A stretch of DNA of 64,000 nucleotides from an uncultured Phycisphaerales bacterium (GCA_963758525.1 CAVWVQ010000003.1:800001-864000); one strand, 5' to 3'; shown: positions 9,542-19,868, counted from the stretch's first letter. Translations and numbers: made by a program. The notes: generated by a model from the sequence alone, not told the origin.

Positions 9542-11410
9542 TATTCAACTGTCACGCTCTTGGCGAGGTTGCGCGGCTTATCGACGTTGCAGCCGCGCAC
9601 GCAGGCGGCGTGATATGCCAGCAGTTGCAGCGGCACGACGCTCAGCAGGGGCTGCAGGGGCTCGGGCGCGTCGGGAATGTAGACCACGTGCTTGGTGTAC
9701 TGCTGAATCTGCCGGTCGCCCTCGGTGGCGACGGCAATCACCTGGCCGCCGCGGGCACGCACCTCTTCAATGTTGCTGATCACCTTGTCGTATTGAAGGC
9801 CCTTAGTCGCAACGAAGACGCAGGGCATTCCTTCCGTTATCAGCGCGATCGGCCCGTGCTTCATCTCGGCCGCGGGCATTCCCTCGGCATGAATGTAGCT
9901 GATTTCCTTCAGCTTCAGCGCGCCTTCGAGCGCGATCGGATAGTGATAGCCGCGGCCGAGAAACAGCCAGTTCTCGCGGTTGGAAAATTTCGAGGCGATG
10001 TCTCTGATCTGTTCGCTCTGCTTGAGCGTCTGCTGGATGCTGTCGGGAATCGCCACCAGCCCGTCGACGATCTCCTGGCACTGCGACTGGCTCATGAAGC
10101 GTCGCCGGCCGACGTACACCGCCAACATCGTGAGCACGGCGCACATGCAGGTGAACGCCTTGGTGCTGGCGACGCCGATTTCAGGGCCAGCGTGAAGATA
10201 AATGCCGCCGTGCGTCTCGCGCGATCGTGCTGCCGACGACGTTGATCACGCCCAGCGCCATCGCCCCCTTTTCCTTGCCCTCGCGGAGGGCCGCCAGCGT
10301 GTCGGCGGTTTCGCCCGACTGACTGATGGCAACCAGCACGGTCCCCTCTTCGACCAGCGGATTGCGATAGCGAAACTCGCTGGCGTAGGTGCATTCGGTG
10401 ACGACCTTGGCGAGATCCTCCATCAGATAGTCGCCGACGAGTCCGGCATGCCAGGCCGTTCCCTGGCCGGTGAGGATGAAGCGGCGCGCCTTGGTCAGAT
10501 CGCGGGAGTGGTCTGCGAGGCCGCCCAGCACGATGCGCCCTTCGCGCTGATCGAGGCGCCCGCGGAGGCAGTTGGCCACGGATGTGGGCTGCTCCATGAT
10601 CTCCTTGAGCATGTAATGCTCGTAGCCGCCCAGCTCGTATTCCTCGATCTTGTGTTCCAGCAGCGAGACGACCGGGCTGACAACGATGTCGTCGATTGTG
10701 GTCGTGCGAAATTCGTTGGGCTTCAGAACCGCCATCTCATTGTCGTTGAGGTAGACGACGCGCGAGGTGTGCTCGACAATCGCGCTCGGATCGGAAGCCA
10801 CGATGTATTCATGCTGGCCGACGCCGATGATCAGCGGCGAACCTTTGCGAGCGACGACCAGCGTGTCGGGCTCTTCCTTGCAGATGACGGCAATGCCGTA
10901 GGTTCCCTCCACTTCGTGCAAAGCCCCCTGCACGGCGCGCTGCAGGATCGATATGCCGGCAGGATTGTGATTCTTGAGTTGAAGCTCGGTGTACAGATGA
11001 CCGATCAGGACGGCCAGCACTTCAGTATCGGTCTGGCTCTGAAAGGTATGCCCGCGCTCGCTGAGCACCTTCTTCAGGGCGGCGTAGTTTTCGATGATGC
11101 CGTTGTGAACCAGGGCAATGCGCCCGGTATCGTCCACGTGAGGGTGGGCATTGGTTTCGTTGGGCGCGCCGTGGGTGGCCCAGCGGGTGTGGGCCATGCC
11201 CAGATGAGACGCGGGAAATTTCTTGCCGTTGTGCAGGGAGCTTTCGAGCACGCTGATTCGGCCGACCGAGCGCCGCAGGTGCAGTTCGCCGGCGTTGTCG
11301 ATGACAGCGATACCCGCGGAATCGTAGCCGCGATATTCAAGCCGTTTGAGCCCCTCGATGAGCACCGGCTGGGCAATTTTTCGACCGACGTACGCGACGA
11401 TCCCGCACAT
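9541..11410 (-). CDS. glmS: Glutamine--fructose-6-phosphate transaminase, frameshift near 10220 (probable sequencing error)
   Basis: MCGIVAY, LEYRGYDSAG, HTRWATHG, SQSGETADT, EGALKLKEISY and C-terminal PRNLAKSVTVE, spread over two frames. Confidence 0.97.
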
Positions 11411-11443
11411 GAATCTCCTATCTTGGGCTGAACTCTACACCAA

Positions 11444-11506
11444 GTTAGCCGCGACGCGCAGCGGAGCGATCAATCAATACGCGCTCCGCTGCGCGTCGCG
11501 ACTAAC
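11444..11506. repeat. REP-like hairpin in the glmS leader
   Basis: GTTAGCCGCGACGCGCAGCGGAGCG ... CGCTCCGCTGCGCGTCGCGACTAAC; 25-bp arms with one mismatch. Confidence 0.85.
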
Positions 11507-11682
11507 CCGGGAGGGATCGCCCCAGGTTTTTGAAACTGCTTCCTGGGGGAAGCAGCCATATACGTCATCGTCCGGCTCCTCAGGTCGCTGAGCATGCCGG
11601 CATGGCGATTTCTTCCCCTGGCACGTTAGCCTAGAGTGTATCGGACGTTCGCTTCCCGGCAATGCAACAGGCCAAGGCCGCC

Positions 11683-13116
11683 ATGGACCTCTTTCACGAC
11701 AGTCGCCAGAAGAACCTCGATCGCGTCGCACCCTTGGCGGTTCGCATGCGACCGCGAAACCTCGACGAATTTGTTGGACAACAGCATTTTCTCGGAAAGG
11801 GAATGCTCCTGCGACGCATGCTCGAAGCGGATCGGCTCACGAGCGTAATCTTCTTCGGGCCGCCCGGCACGGGCAAAACGACGCTCGCGAGCTTGATCGC
11901 CCAATACACGAAGAGCCATTTCGAGCAGGTGAACGCCGCCGCCGTCGGCGTGAAAGAAGTTCGATCGCTGCTCGACTCGGCCAAAGACAGGCTGGGAAAC
12001 TCCGGGCAGCGCACCGTTCTCTTTCTCGACGAGATTCACCGCTTCAACCGCGCCCAGCAGGACATTCTGCTGCCCGACGTCGAGGCTGGGCAGATCATCC
12101 TGGTGGGCGCGACAACGGAAAATCCGTTCTTCGCGGTGAACTCGCCTCTGGTGAGCAGGAGCCAGCTTTTTCAATTCGCCGCGCTGACCGAAAGCGACAT
12201 CAAGGCGGTGATCGAGCGCGCAGTCAAGGATAAAGCCCGAGGTTTCGGCAAGTTAGACCTGCAGATCGATCCTGCGGCAATCGACCTGTGGGCGACCATG
12301 TCCGACGGTGACGCCAGGCGAGCGCTGATGGGATTGGAAGTGGCGGTGTTGTCGCAGCTTGAGGAGGAAGGGACTGAGGGACAAAGGGACGAAGGGACAA
12401 AGGGGGAGGAGACGGGTGCATCTGGTCACGTTCCACGTTCCAATCACCAGCTCCACATCACCCTCGACATTGCCGAGCAGTCGATGCAGCGCAAGGCGAT
12501 CGTCTACGACGGCACCGGCGATGAGCACTACGACGCGGCCAGCGCGTTGATCAAATCCATGCGGGGAAGCGACCCCGATGCAGCCGTCTACTGGGTGGCC
12601 CGAATGCTGGAGGCGGGCGAAGATCCAAGATTTATCGCGCGGCGGATCGCGATTCTCGCCAGTGAAGACATCGGAAATGCCGATCCTCGTGCAATCATCG
12701 TGGCGGCGGCGGCATTCGATATTGTGGAAAAGATCGGAATGCCCAAAGCGCAATTAACTCTTGGACAAGCCGCGATTTACATGGCAACAGCCCCCAAATC
12801 AAACGCCTCGGCGCTGGCGATCTGGGCCGCGATGAAAGACGTGCGCGAGGGACGGACTTTGCCCGTTCCCAAACACTTGAAAGACTCGCATTACCAAGGC
12901 GCCAAGCGGCTGGGACATGGCGAAGGTTATCAATATTCCCATGACTTTGAGGGAGCATCTGTTCGACAAGACTACCTTGGTGTGGATAAAACATATTACT
13001 TGCCTGTCGATCGTGGGTATGAAGCACAGATTATGCAGCGGTTAAGAGAGATCAAAGACAAGACCAGCGAGCCACAGGCGTCGGGGAACGACACCTCGGC
13101 CCCGAAGAGCGGGTAA
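11683..13116 (+). CDS. rarA: Replication-associated recombination protein A (RarA/MgsA AAA+ ATPase)
   Basis: PLAVRMRP, Walker [51 protein letters not shown]. Confidence 0.95.
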   Translation: MDLFHDSRQKNLDRVAPLAVRMRPRNLDEFVGQQHFLGKGMLLRRMLEADRLTSVIFFGPPGTGKTTLASLIAQYTKSHFEQVNAAAVGVKEVRSLLDSAKDRLGNSGQRTVLFLDEIHRFNRAQQDILLPDVEAGQIILVGATTENPFFAVNSPLVSRSQLFQFAALTESDIKAVIERAVKDKARGFGKLDLQIDPAAIDLWATMSDGDARRALMGLEVAVLSQLEEEGTEGQRDEGTKGEETGASGHVPRSNHQLHITLDIAEQSMQRKAIVYDGTGDEHYDAASALIKSMRGSDPDAAVYWVARMLEAGEDPRFIARRIAILASEDIGNADPRAIIVAAAAFDIVEKIGMPKAQLTLGQAAIYMATAPKSNASALAIWAAMKDVREGRTLPVPKHLKDSHYQGAKRLGHGEGYQYSHDFEGASVRQDYLGVDKTYYLPVDRGYEAQIMQRLREIKDKTSEPQASGNDTSAPKSG

Positions 13117-13145
13117 TTTCAAACAAGGTTGCGGGAAGAAACGTA

Positions 13146-13739
13146 ATGAGTGACATGAAGAGCAAAGCTGTCATTCGGAAAGAATTGCGCGAAGTGCTCG
13201 CGTCGATGAGCGAGACGGAGCAGCATCAGAAGAGCATCGCGGCGTGCAATCTGCTTTGCCGGACGCCCGAGTTTATGTCTGCCCGCGTGGTGATGCTCTA
13301 CCTGAGCACTGCGCACGAAGTCGATACCGCCACCCTGGCGCTCAAGTGCTGGCAGGACGGAAAGACGGTTGTGGTTCCGAAAGTCAGTTGGGATCAGCGC
13401 CGCATGCTCCCGGTCGAAATCGCGACCCTGCAGTCGGGACTGACCACCACCGGCCACGGCGTGCGCGAGCCGATCACCGGCAAACCCATCCCTGTCGATA
13501 TGATCGATCTGGTTGTCGTTCCCGGCGTCGGATTTACCTTGACGGGACACCGCATCGGCCGGGGAATGGGCTTCTACGATCGCTTCCTGGCACAGAGCGA
13601 ATTCCTCGGCGTTTCCTGCGGACTGGGATTCGAAGAACAAGTCGTCGAGCAGTTCCCCGTTCTTGACCATGACATCCCGCTGAGTATGCTGGCGACCGAT
13701 CGGCGCATCCATCGCTTCGCCTCCGTGGGAAGCTGCTGA
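13146..13739 (+). CDS. ygfA: 5-formyltetrahydrofolate cyclo-ligase
   Basis: K..IRKEL, EVDT, VVVPKV, IDLVVVPGVGF..GHRIGRGMGFYDRFL, HDIP. Confidence 0.92.
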   Translation: MSDMKSKAVIRKELREVLASMSETEQHQKSIAACNLLCRTPEFMSARVVMLYLSTAHEVDTATLALKCWQDGKTVVVPKVSWDQRRMLPVEIATLQSGLTTTGHGVREPITGKPIPVDMIDLVVVPGVGFTLTGHRIGRGMGFYDRFLAQSEFLGVSCGLGFEEQVVEQFPVLDHDIPLSMLATDRRIHRFASVGSC

Positions 13740-13776
13740 TCCAACCCGACAACCCGTAGAGAACAGGGAGGTTCTC

Positions 13777-14967
13777 ATGCAGCGTGATCGACGAGCCAGC
13801 CGGCCCCTCTTTTTGGCCTTGGCGGCTCTCATTTCCCTGGGCCTGTGCGGCTACGCACTCAAGATCAACCATGCGCGGGCCGTGGCGCTTCACCAGGCCG
13901 AGACGCATATTCCCGCGTCAGAATCTACTCCCGCGGTGGCCTTTACGGCGCCATCGCCGCAGACGCAGTCCGTGCTCCCGCTGCTGGCCGCGGTGACTGC
14001 CACGCCACCCGCGCCGGCGCCGCCCGTCGATCCCCCCGTTGCGCCCCTCATCACCAGCACTCCGCCGATCAATGCAACGGCCGTCGCACAGGCTGAGCCG
14101 ACCACGCGCCCCGCGGCGCTGCTGGCAACCGATCTGACTGCGACCCAGCGCCAGCCACCTCTCACAGTGGCGTTGCCGGCGCCCGCAACAGCGCCCGTGG
14201 CCTCCGGCGATGTCATCAACGACTCGAAGCAAAAGAAGGAAACCGGCGATCTCGTCGCGGCACGCGAGGAATTGAACAACGCGCTGCTGTCGGGCCATCT
14301 GTCCGAAGCCGACGCCGACGCGGTTCGCCATAACATCGCCCAGATCAACCAGACGCTGGTCTTCTCCTCCGAGCGCACCCTCAACGATCCCTGGGCAGCA
14401 GCCTATCCCGTGCAAAGCGGCGAACGCCTCTCCACGATCGCCGGCAAAAATAGTGTCACCTGGCAGCTCCTCTCCCGCATCAATCACGTCGATCCCAAGC
14501 GCCTGCGCTCCGGCTCCACGATCAAAATCGTCAAGGGACCCTTCTTCGCAGTGGTTTCCAAGAGCAAGTTTCGGATGGACATCTTCTTCGGCGCGCCCGG
14601 GGGGCCGGGGTCGATGTACGTCACATCCTTCGGCGTAGGCCTGGGAAAAAATGATTCGACTCCAACCGGCACCTGGCAGGTCCAATCCGGCAACAAGATC
14701 CTGCACCCCCGATACTACAGCCCAAACAATGCCGGCGTGATCGACGCCGACGATCCGAAGAATCCCCTCGGCGGATATTGGATCGGCCTGGAAGGTCTCG
14801 ACGGACAGGCCGTCGATCAACACTCCTACGGAATCCACGGCACCATCGACCCCGACTCCATCGGCAAGCAAGCCTCCCTCGGCTGCATCCGCATGGGACA
14901 CGACGACATCGAACTCGCCTTCGAGCTCCTGGTCGAAGTGAAAAGCAAGATTGTTGTCGTTCAGTAA
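13777..14967 (+). CDS. LysM-domain L,D-transpeptidase (YkuD family)
   Basis: N-terminal TM segment, Pro/Ala linker, LysM YPVQSGERLSTIA, catalytic YGIHGT..IGKQASLGCIRM. Confidence 0.9.
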   Translation: MQRDRRASRPLFLALAALISLGLCGYALKINHARAVALHQAETHIPASESTPAVAFTAPSPQTQSVLPLLAAVTATPPAPAPPVDPPVAPLITSTPPINATAVAQAEPTTRPAALLATDLTATQRQPPLTVALPAPATAPVASGDVINDSKQKKETGDLVAAREELNNALLSGHLSEADADAVRHNIAQINQTLVFSSERTLNDPWAAAYPVQSGERLSTIAGKNSVTWQLLSRINHVDPKRLRSGSTIKIVKGPFFAVVSKSKFRMDIFFGAPGGPGSMYVTSFGVGLGKNDSTPTGTWQVQSGNKILHPRYYSPNNAGVIDADDPKNPLGGYWIGLEGLDGQAVDQHSYGIHGTIDPDSIGKQASLGCIRMGHDDIELAFELLVEVKSKIVVVQ

Positions 14968-15204
14968 GATGGGTGTGGGCCGGCTGAGGTACTGGTGTTC
15001 ACACCCGACGAGTGGGATCTCTCGGAGGAATCAGACACCGAATGAATCGCGGTCGGAACGCCGTGATCGGGTGAAGACTGCTCGTTCGTCACTCACTGGC
15101 AGCAGGCTCGCGCTGAGCCAGCTTCTCGTTCAGCGTCCGCTGGGCGACGGCTGAATATCCTGTCAGCTTATTGCGAAGATGCCGGCCGGTGCTGTGGAAC
15201 GACC
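14494..15204. repeat. Long direct repeat, copy 1 (partner 19869..20684)
   Basis: Near-identical 3' half of the L,D-transpeptidase gene plus the 3' end of the YtxH-like gene. Confidence 0.95.
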
Positions 15205-15211
15205 AATGGAA

Positions 15212-16291
15212 TCAAACGGCCACGGGCAATAGCGCTCGGGGCCTGGATTTGGGCTCGTTCTCGGCGAGGGCGAGGAGTGCTCCTGCTTTCTCGTCTGCTT
15301 CGAGTCGATCACCTGCATACTCGCACTGGCCGGCAACGCGGGTCAGGGCGTCCACAAGCGAAAAGATCGTGAATCGACCTTGTCGCTCGGCGAGTAAAAG
15401 GGCCTGCTTCGCAAGATCACGGGGGATGCCGTGTTTGAATAGCACCTTGGCTACGTCTTCAGCGTTGTCGCCAAGACGAGTCTCGAATGCCTTCTTCATT
15501 ACTCGGGCAAAACCGTCGCGTCGCTCATCTCGTCTTTCGACAAGCTGCGCGATGATGCGGCGGATTTCGCGGAGTGAATCCGAAACATTCGCTGTGTGTT
15601 TGCGAGAAAAGTCGACGACTTCCACCGCATCCCACACAATGTGATTCTGACACACGGCCTGGAACCAGAATGTCTGAACACCGACGGAGCGGCGACCGAC
15701 CTCCGAATTCCAAAGAAAGAATCCTGGCGCGAATGCCTCGCCTTCGATTTCGGCCCAGCCGGTCGGGTCGATGAGGAAAACGAACATGTCCTGCTCACCG
15801 CAGTACAAGCCCGTTGCCCCGTTCATCCCGGTTTGCGGCGGCTGGAATTCCGTCGCAAATTCTTTCACGATGGCCAGCAAATCCAGGTTATGGAGCCGGG
15901 TGTAGCTCGCGCCATGAATGGAGCGAACGGCCCGGTCCAGCGTGAGCACCTGCATCGGCTTGCCACCCTGGGGAAGCGTCTCGGCCAGCACGCGGCCCGC
16001 GGTATCGGCTGACACCTTGTTGACTGTGTCTTTGCTGACGCCCGCGAGCTTGCACAACTGCGAAAAACTCCAGTCATTGAGGCGATAGCTTTCGCCGTCG
16101 CCTCCGAGCTTGAGGTCAAGCCTGCTGCTCATCGGCGCCGTGAGTATCTCGGCCGGAGAATGCCAACGGTCGGTCGAGCGTTCCTTGAAATCCTGGCAGT
16201 GACGCCAGAGATCGTCGAGGCTCGCGAACCGTTCGTCGGCAGCCCGCCGGAATAATTCGCGGCTGGCTTGAGTCAGATTCTGCTTCTGCAT
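15212..16291 (-). CDS. DUF932 domain protein (mobile-element associated)
   Basis: NLTQASRELFRR..DERF.SL, WSFSQLC, GLYCGEQDMFVFLID, GFFLWNSEVG, QAVCQNHIVW; RBS AAGGAG. Confidence 0.85.
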   Translation of the reverse strand: MQKQNLTQASRELFRRAADERFASLDDLWRHCQDFKERSTDRWHSPAEILTAPMSSRLDLKLGGDGESYRLNDWSFSQLCKLAGVSKDTVNKVSADTAGRVLAETLPQGGKPMQVLTLDRAVRSIHGASYTRLHNLDLLAIVKEFATEFQPPQTGMNGATGLYCGEQDMFVFLIDPTGWAEIEGEAFAPGFFLWNSEVGRRSVGVQTFWFQAVCQNHIVWDAVEVVDFSRKHTANVSDSLREIRRIIAQLVERRDERRDGFARVMKKAFETRLGDNAEDVAKVLFKHGIPRDLAKQALLLAERQGRFTIFSLVDALTRVAGQCEYAGDRLEADEKAGALLALAENEPKSRPRALLPVAV

Positions 16292-16534
16292 GGGAAGCTC
16301 CTTTCGGAAAGAGGAATGGGAAAAACAAGAAATGAAACCTTTTGCCAACTGCACCACCGGTCTCTCTGCCCGCGCGACGGCAATCACGCCGACAGAGAAT
16401 CGGTGAGCGTTCTTCTTCCCGAAATGGAGATGTGAATGAGCAGCCTAAAACGGCGTTCTGAATTGAGTTCTGACACGACCGGCGGCGCTAGTCAACGTCG
16501 AAGAATCGAAGCGGGCTCGATATCGGCAAGCGGC

Positions 16535-16556
16535 GGTTCAAATCCCCTTGGCTCCA
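16535..16556 (+). other. tRNA 3'-end-like remnant (Ala-like), possible att scar
   Basis: GGTTCAAATCCCCTTGGCTCCA resembles a T-loop plus acceptor 3' strand; no 5' half present. Confidence 0.55.
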
Positions 16557-16682
16557 CTAAATTCCCCGAAAACGGCTGATAGCGCCCCAATCAGTCATAT
16601 CTCACGATCTGGTAATTACTTATTACAATTTGCGGGCAGTTCAATCATATGGCGGGCTCTGCGAAAAACGTAGACTTGCGCT

Positions 16683-16704
16683 TGGCAGGGAGCGGGATTT
16701 GAAC
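16683..16704 (-). other. Second degenerate tRNA 3'-end-like remnant (Met/Pro-like)
   Basis: Reverse complement GTTCAAATCCCGCTCCCTGCCA. Confidence 0.4.
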
Positions 16705-16743
16705 TCTCAAAGATTCCCTTGTAGCAATACATAGCGAATTTCG

Positions 16744-17544
16744 ATGATCTTGTGGAACCTTATAAGGCGAGAACCGAGAAATCGTATGGAAGCAGCCGAC
16801 GCAAGGAATCCAAACGTTCCGCCTTCATCACTGACTCGTTCAGACTTGATCAGTCGATTGTTTCCAGGCGTCGCGATGGTCGAGGATCACTCCGCGCCGG
16901 GTCGTGATCGGGTTGTCGGGAGGAATATTCGCGGCACCGCGTTCGTTGCTGATGAACGCGGCTATTTTTTCACTGCAAAGCACGTAACCCGAGGCCTTGA
17001 CCCGCGCAAGATGGAATTGCGAACAGTGTACAGCCGGCATAATCCGGATGTGTACGCAATGAACGCGTGTCGATCGATTGAAGCCATATATCCTCATCCT
17101 TACTTGGATGTCGCAGTTATCGCTGTCGGTGCGTCACATACGGTTGGGCGCGCTCAACTACCATTCCGCGCCGGCGGGCTCCGCCTCGGCGACGATGTCC
17201 TTCTTGTCGGATACGCGCATGGAACCGAGATTGTGTTTGCTGACGACATTCTTGGTGACGCGAGCCCCAAATCATTGTCCCCAGTCGCGCTTGCCGGGAT
17301 GATTTGTGCCCGTATTCCGGATGACGGGCGAAGGGTGCGGCTTCTCGCCTATGATTGTACGACTTTTCCGGGTTGCAGCGGCGGTCCAATCGTCTCGTCA
17401 GCGCTCGGTGGCGCTGTCGTTGGACTGCATCTAAGAGGGCTCACTAATCGGATCGGTTACGCTGTTCCCATCGAGGATTGCAATATGTTTGTCGAGGCGG
17501 TCGCAGAGGTGCATGAGGCGGGTCGTTCTACTGCACGTCGTTGA
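16744..17544 (+). CDS. Trypsin-like serine protease (Trypsin_2), no signal peptide; start uncertain
   Basis: Catalytic triad motifs GTAF..FFTAKHV (His), LDVAVI (Asp), PGCSGGP (Ser). Confidence 0.85.
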   Translation: MILWNLIRREPRNRMEAADARNPNVPPSSLTRSDLISRLFPGVAMVEDHSAPGRDRVVGRNIRGTAFVADERGYFFTAKHVTRGLDPRKMELRTVYSRHNPDVYAMNACRSIEAIYPHPYLDVAVIAVGASHTVGRAQLPFRAGGLRLGDDVLLVGYAHGTEIVFADDILGDASPKSLSPVALAGMICARIPDDGRRVRLLAYDCTTFPGCSGGPIVSSALGGAVVGLHLRGLTNRIGYAVPIEDCNMFVEAVAEVHEAGRSTARR

Positions 17545-17568
17545 TAATCTTGATTTGAAGGAATCATC

Positions 17569-18105
17569 ATGGCCAAAGAATTGACCACCGAAGAATTGTC
17601 CGCGCAACTCGTTCAGTTCGTTGCCAAGGGTACCGCCGTTGCCGCGCGTCTGGCCTCTGAACGAAAATTGCCAATCAAATATGACCATGTGCAGCAAGCA
17701 TTGGAGGAAGTGCTCGCTGTGCGGCGATCAGAGCACTTGCTGTCCGAAGATTTGAGCGAAGACCGGATGCTGGAATTGCTGCGTGACTATAAGTTCGAAG
17801 GGCTGTTTCCGGTTGTACTTGAAGAGATTACTTTGGATGAGGCCGTTATTCCCCCCGGTGCCCTCCGACGACTGGAGGAGCGGACTGTCAAGGCGTCTGG
17901 CGAAGTGTGGAGAGTGCATAAGAATGACGCTGATCCATTTCCGTCTAATCCGCATGCGCACAATCTCGATTCGGGTCTAAAGCTGCACCTCGGCACGGGT
18001 GAGCTTTTCCTGAAGCGGCAGCTTGCTGGCAAAATCCAGAGTAAGGATCTGCTTGCGATACGTGCACAACTTACAAAGTTCACGCTGCCGGCCCTGGCGG
18101 TGTGA
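17569..18105 (+). CDS. Hypothetical protein with a C-terminal His-rich, toxin-like motif
   Basis: RBS GAAGGA; WRVHKNDADPFPSNPHAH..LKLHLGTGELF resembles the DUF4160/HicA-like ND..PHxH pattern. Confidence 0.7.
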   Translation: MAKELTTEELSAQLVQFVAKGTAVAARLASERKLPIKYDHVQQALEEVLAVRRSEHLLSEDLSEDRMLELLRDYKFEGLFPVVLEEITLDEAVIPPGALRRLEERTVKASGEVWRVHKNDADPFPSNPHAHNLDSGLKLHLGTGELFLKRQLAGKIQSKDLLAIRAQLTKFTLPALAV

Positions 18106-18402
18106 ATCATTCTTCAAGGGACCGTCAGATTAGCAAAGGACTGGCAGTTGTAGGATTTTGGAAATTACCCCTCCCTCTGGCTCCGGCTCTGAAGCAGCGG
18201 TGTAAACACCTTCACCACCACCATCGGTCGGGCCGCTCCCGATTTTAGCCGCTTTGCGGCATGAGTCGCTGTATACCTCGACCGACGGCGATAGCGACGA
18301 AGCAGAGGAGTTAGGCCAGGGGCTACCATTAGCCCATTTCGACGCAACCATTCCGTAGCAGTAGAATAAGGCGGGATAACCTGTCCTTTCAGGAGGTTAG
18401 CT

Positions 18403-19422
18403 ATGTCCACGAACGCGGCCTCTTCGCTTGCGCATCTCGCACCACAACCGTTTTACGAAGCCGCTATTGCAGCCATTCAGCGGGCGAAAGAGGCCGGGGA
18501 ACATCGCCTTTACCTCGCGAAGCTCCACGGAGTGACTGAGAAACGACCGGAACCCAAGCCGATGGCACCGTGGGTAATAGGGCTCATGCGGGCGGTCGAA
18601 TCGTGTATCGACGCAAATTGGGAAGTTCACATTATCGAGAGGGTAGAAGATCGCGACCGTCTGGAATTCCTTTTGAAGGGCATCAAGCGATTCGACAAGG
18701 CCGAAGATTATTCGGTGAAGGCCATTCTAGGCGCTGAGGGACTACCCTTTCTGAACGTGCTCATTGCTGGACACGGTCAGAGCTTTCTTGCCCTAGACGA
18801 TCCACGTTATCGCCTCGCAAGGATGGGGCTGGAACTCCCCGCAGGCGATATTGCCAAAGTCATCGAAGCGTACTGGAAGGACCTCTGGGAGCGATGCCCA
18901 TACTGGGTTCGCAAGTCGTCGGGGCTCTACCATGGCGCAGGAGGCGTGGACGCGCTTCGCGACGTACTTGAAAGGTCTATTCGTAATCCTGCATTTGTCG
19001 CAATGTGGTTTGGTGACGATTCCACTCCGGAGACAGTCGCGTACATGGCGCGATTGTTCCATGACCACATCCAACCTGCGATCGAGCGCGCCGGTTACAA
19101 GGCGTCGAGGGTTGACTTGGTGCCACACAACGAGTTCATCATGGAGAGAGTCTTGCGCATGATTCGCGAGGCGCCTTTCGTTGTTGCCGACTTCACAGGC
19201 AATCGGAACGGCGTCTATTTCGAAGCAGGCTTCGCGCGTGCAATCAATATTCCCGTCATCCACCTGTGTCGCGACACGCATTTTGCACTCGCCCATTTCG
19301 ACATCAAGCAAATCAATACCACCGTTTGGAACAGTCCTGTGCAAATCGACTCGGAGTTGTCGAACCGCATCGTCCAATCAGTCGGAATCGGTCCGTATGC
19401 ACCGGTCGCATCGAAGCCATGA
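18403..19422 (+). CDS. Two-domain protein: unknown N-terminal domain plus nucleoside 2-deoxyribosyltransferase/TIR-like domain
   Basis: RBS AGGAGG; AFVAMWF..IQPAIERAGY..RVD..IREAPFVVADFTGNRNGVYFEAGFA..IPVI..HFDI. Confidence 0.82.
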   Translation: MSTNAASSLAHLAPQPFYEAAIAAIQRAKEAGEHRLYLAKLHGVTEKRPEPKPMAPWVIGLMRAVESCIDANWEVHIIERVEDRDRLEFLLKGIKRFDKAEDYSVKAILGAEGLPFLNVLIAGHGQSFLALDDPRYRLARMGLELPAGDIAKVIEAYWKDLWERCPYWVRKSSGLYHGAGGVDALRDVLERSIRNPAFVAMWFGDDSTPETVAYMARLFHDHIQPAIERAGYKASRVDLVPHNEFIMERVLRMIREAPFVVADFTGNRNGVYFEAGFARAINIPVIHLCRDTHFALAHFDIKQINTTVWNSPVQIDSELSNRIVQSVGIGPYAPVASKP

Positions 19423-19466
19423 GGGGATACGGGCCGGTCGGACAGAACGAAAGGTGCTCCATCTCT

Positions 19467-19720
19467 TCATGTCCCATGATCGCCCTTCAGCAAACGGGTG
19501 AGTTCGTCGTAGTCCAATACACCTAACTTGTGACGATAAGTATCGACTAGCATGTGCGCTCCATGGGTCAAGTACGAGCTTATCACGATCAGACCCCGTG
19601 CGGCCCTACGGATGTCCGTATCCATGAGCAATTGCTTCATGATGGGCCTTCCGACCTTGTGATCAAGCGCGTGGCGCTTGCACTGAACGATCACCTTTTC
19701 AACTCCCAGCGCATGCTCAA
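19467..19720 (-). pseudogene. Mrr-like restriction endonuclease, C-terminal fragment
   Basis: KVIVQCKRH..KVGRP.MKQL..GLIVISSYLT..LDYDEL; cut at its 5' side by REP-like repeats. Confidence 0.65.
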
Positions 19721-19723
19721 TGA

Positions 19724-19853
19724 GGGAAGTCATACGGGGGGAAGTCATACGGGGACGCAGCTAGTTCTGGGGAAGTCATACGGGGACGCAGCTAGTTCTG
19801 GAAGTTATAAGGGGGAAGCTAGTGCGTGCGGATCAACTAGCTGCGTCCCCGTT
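19724..19853. repeat. REP-like cluster at the island junction
   Basis: GGGAAGTCATACGGGG three times; ACGGGGACGCAGCTAGTT twice plus the inverted copy AACTAGCTGCGTCCCCGT. Confidence 0.85.
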
Positions 19854-19868
19854 TCACTTCCCCAAGCG

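Noticed and set aside
10146..10260. Programmed frameshift or split glmS
   Set aside because: No slippery heptamer is evident, and similar indels occur throughout the window
11411..11660. glmS ribozyme
   Set aside because: The conserved AGCGC..GACGAGG core was not found on the minus strand; the visible hairpin is REP-like. An Infernal search would settle it.
13116..13146. 6S RNA upstream of ygfA
   Set aside because: Only 29 nt separate rarA and ygfA
17569..17720. Histone-fold resemblance (RKLPIKYDHVQQAL)
   Set aside because: A short helix-loop-helix similarity only; cannot be supported without a profile search
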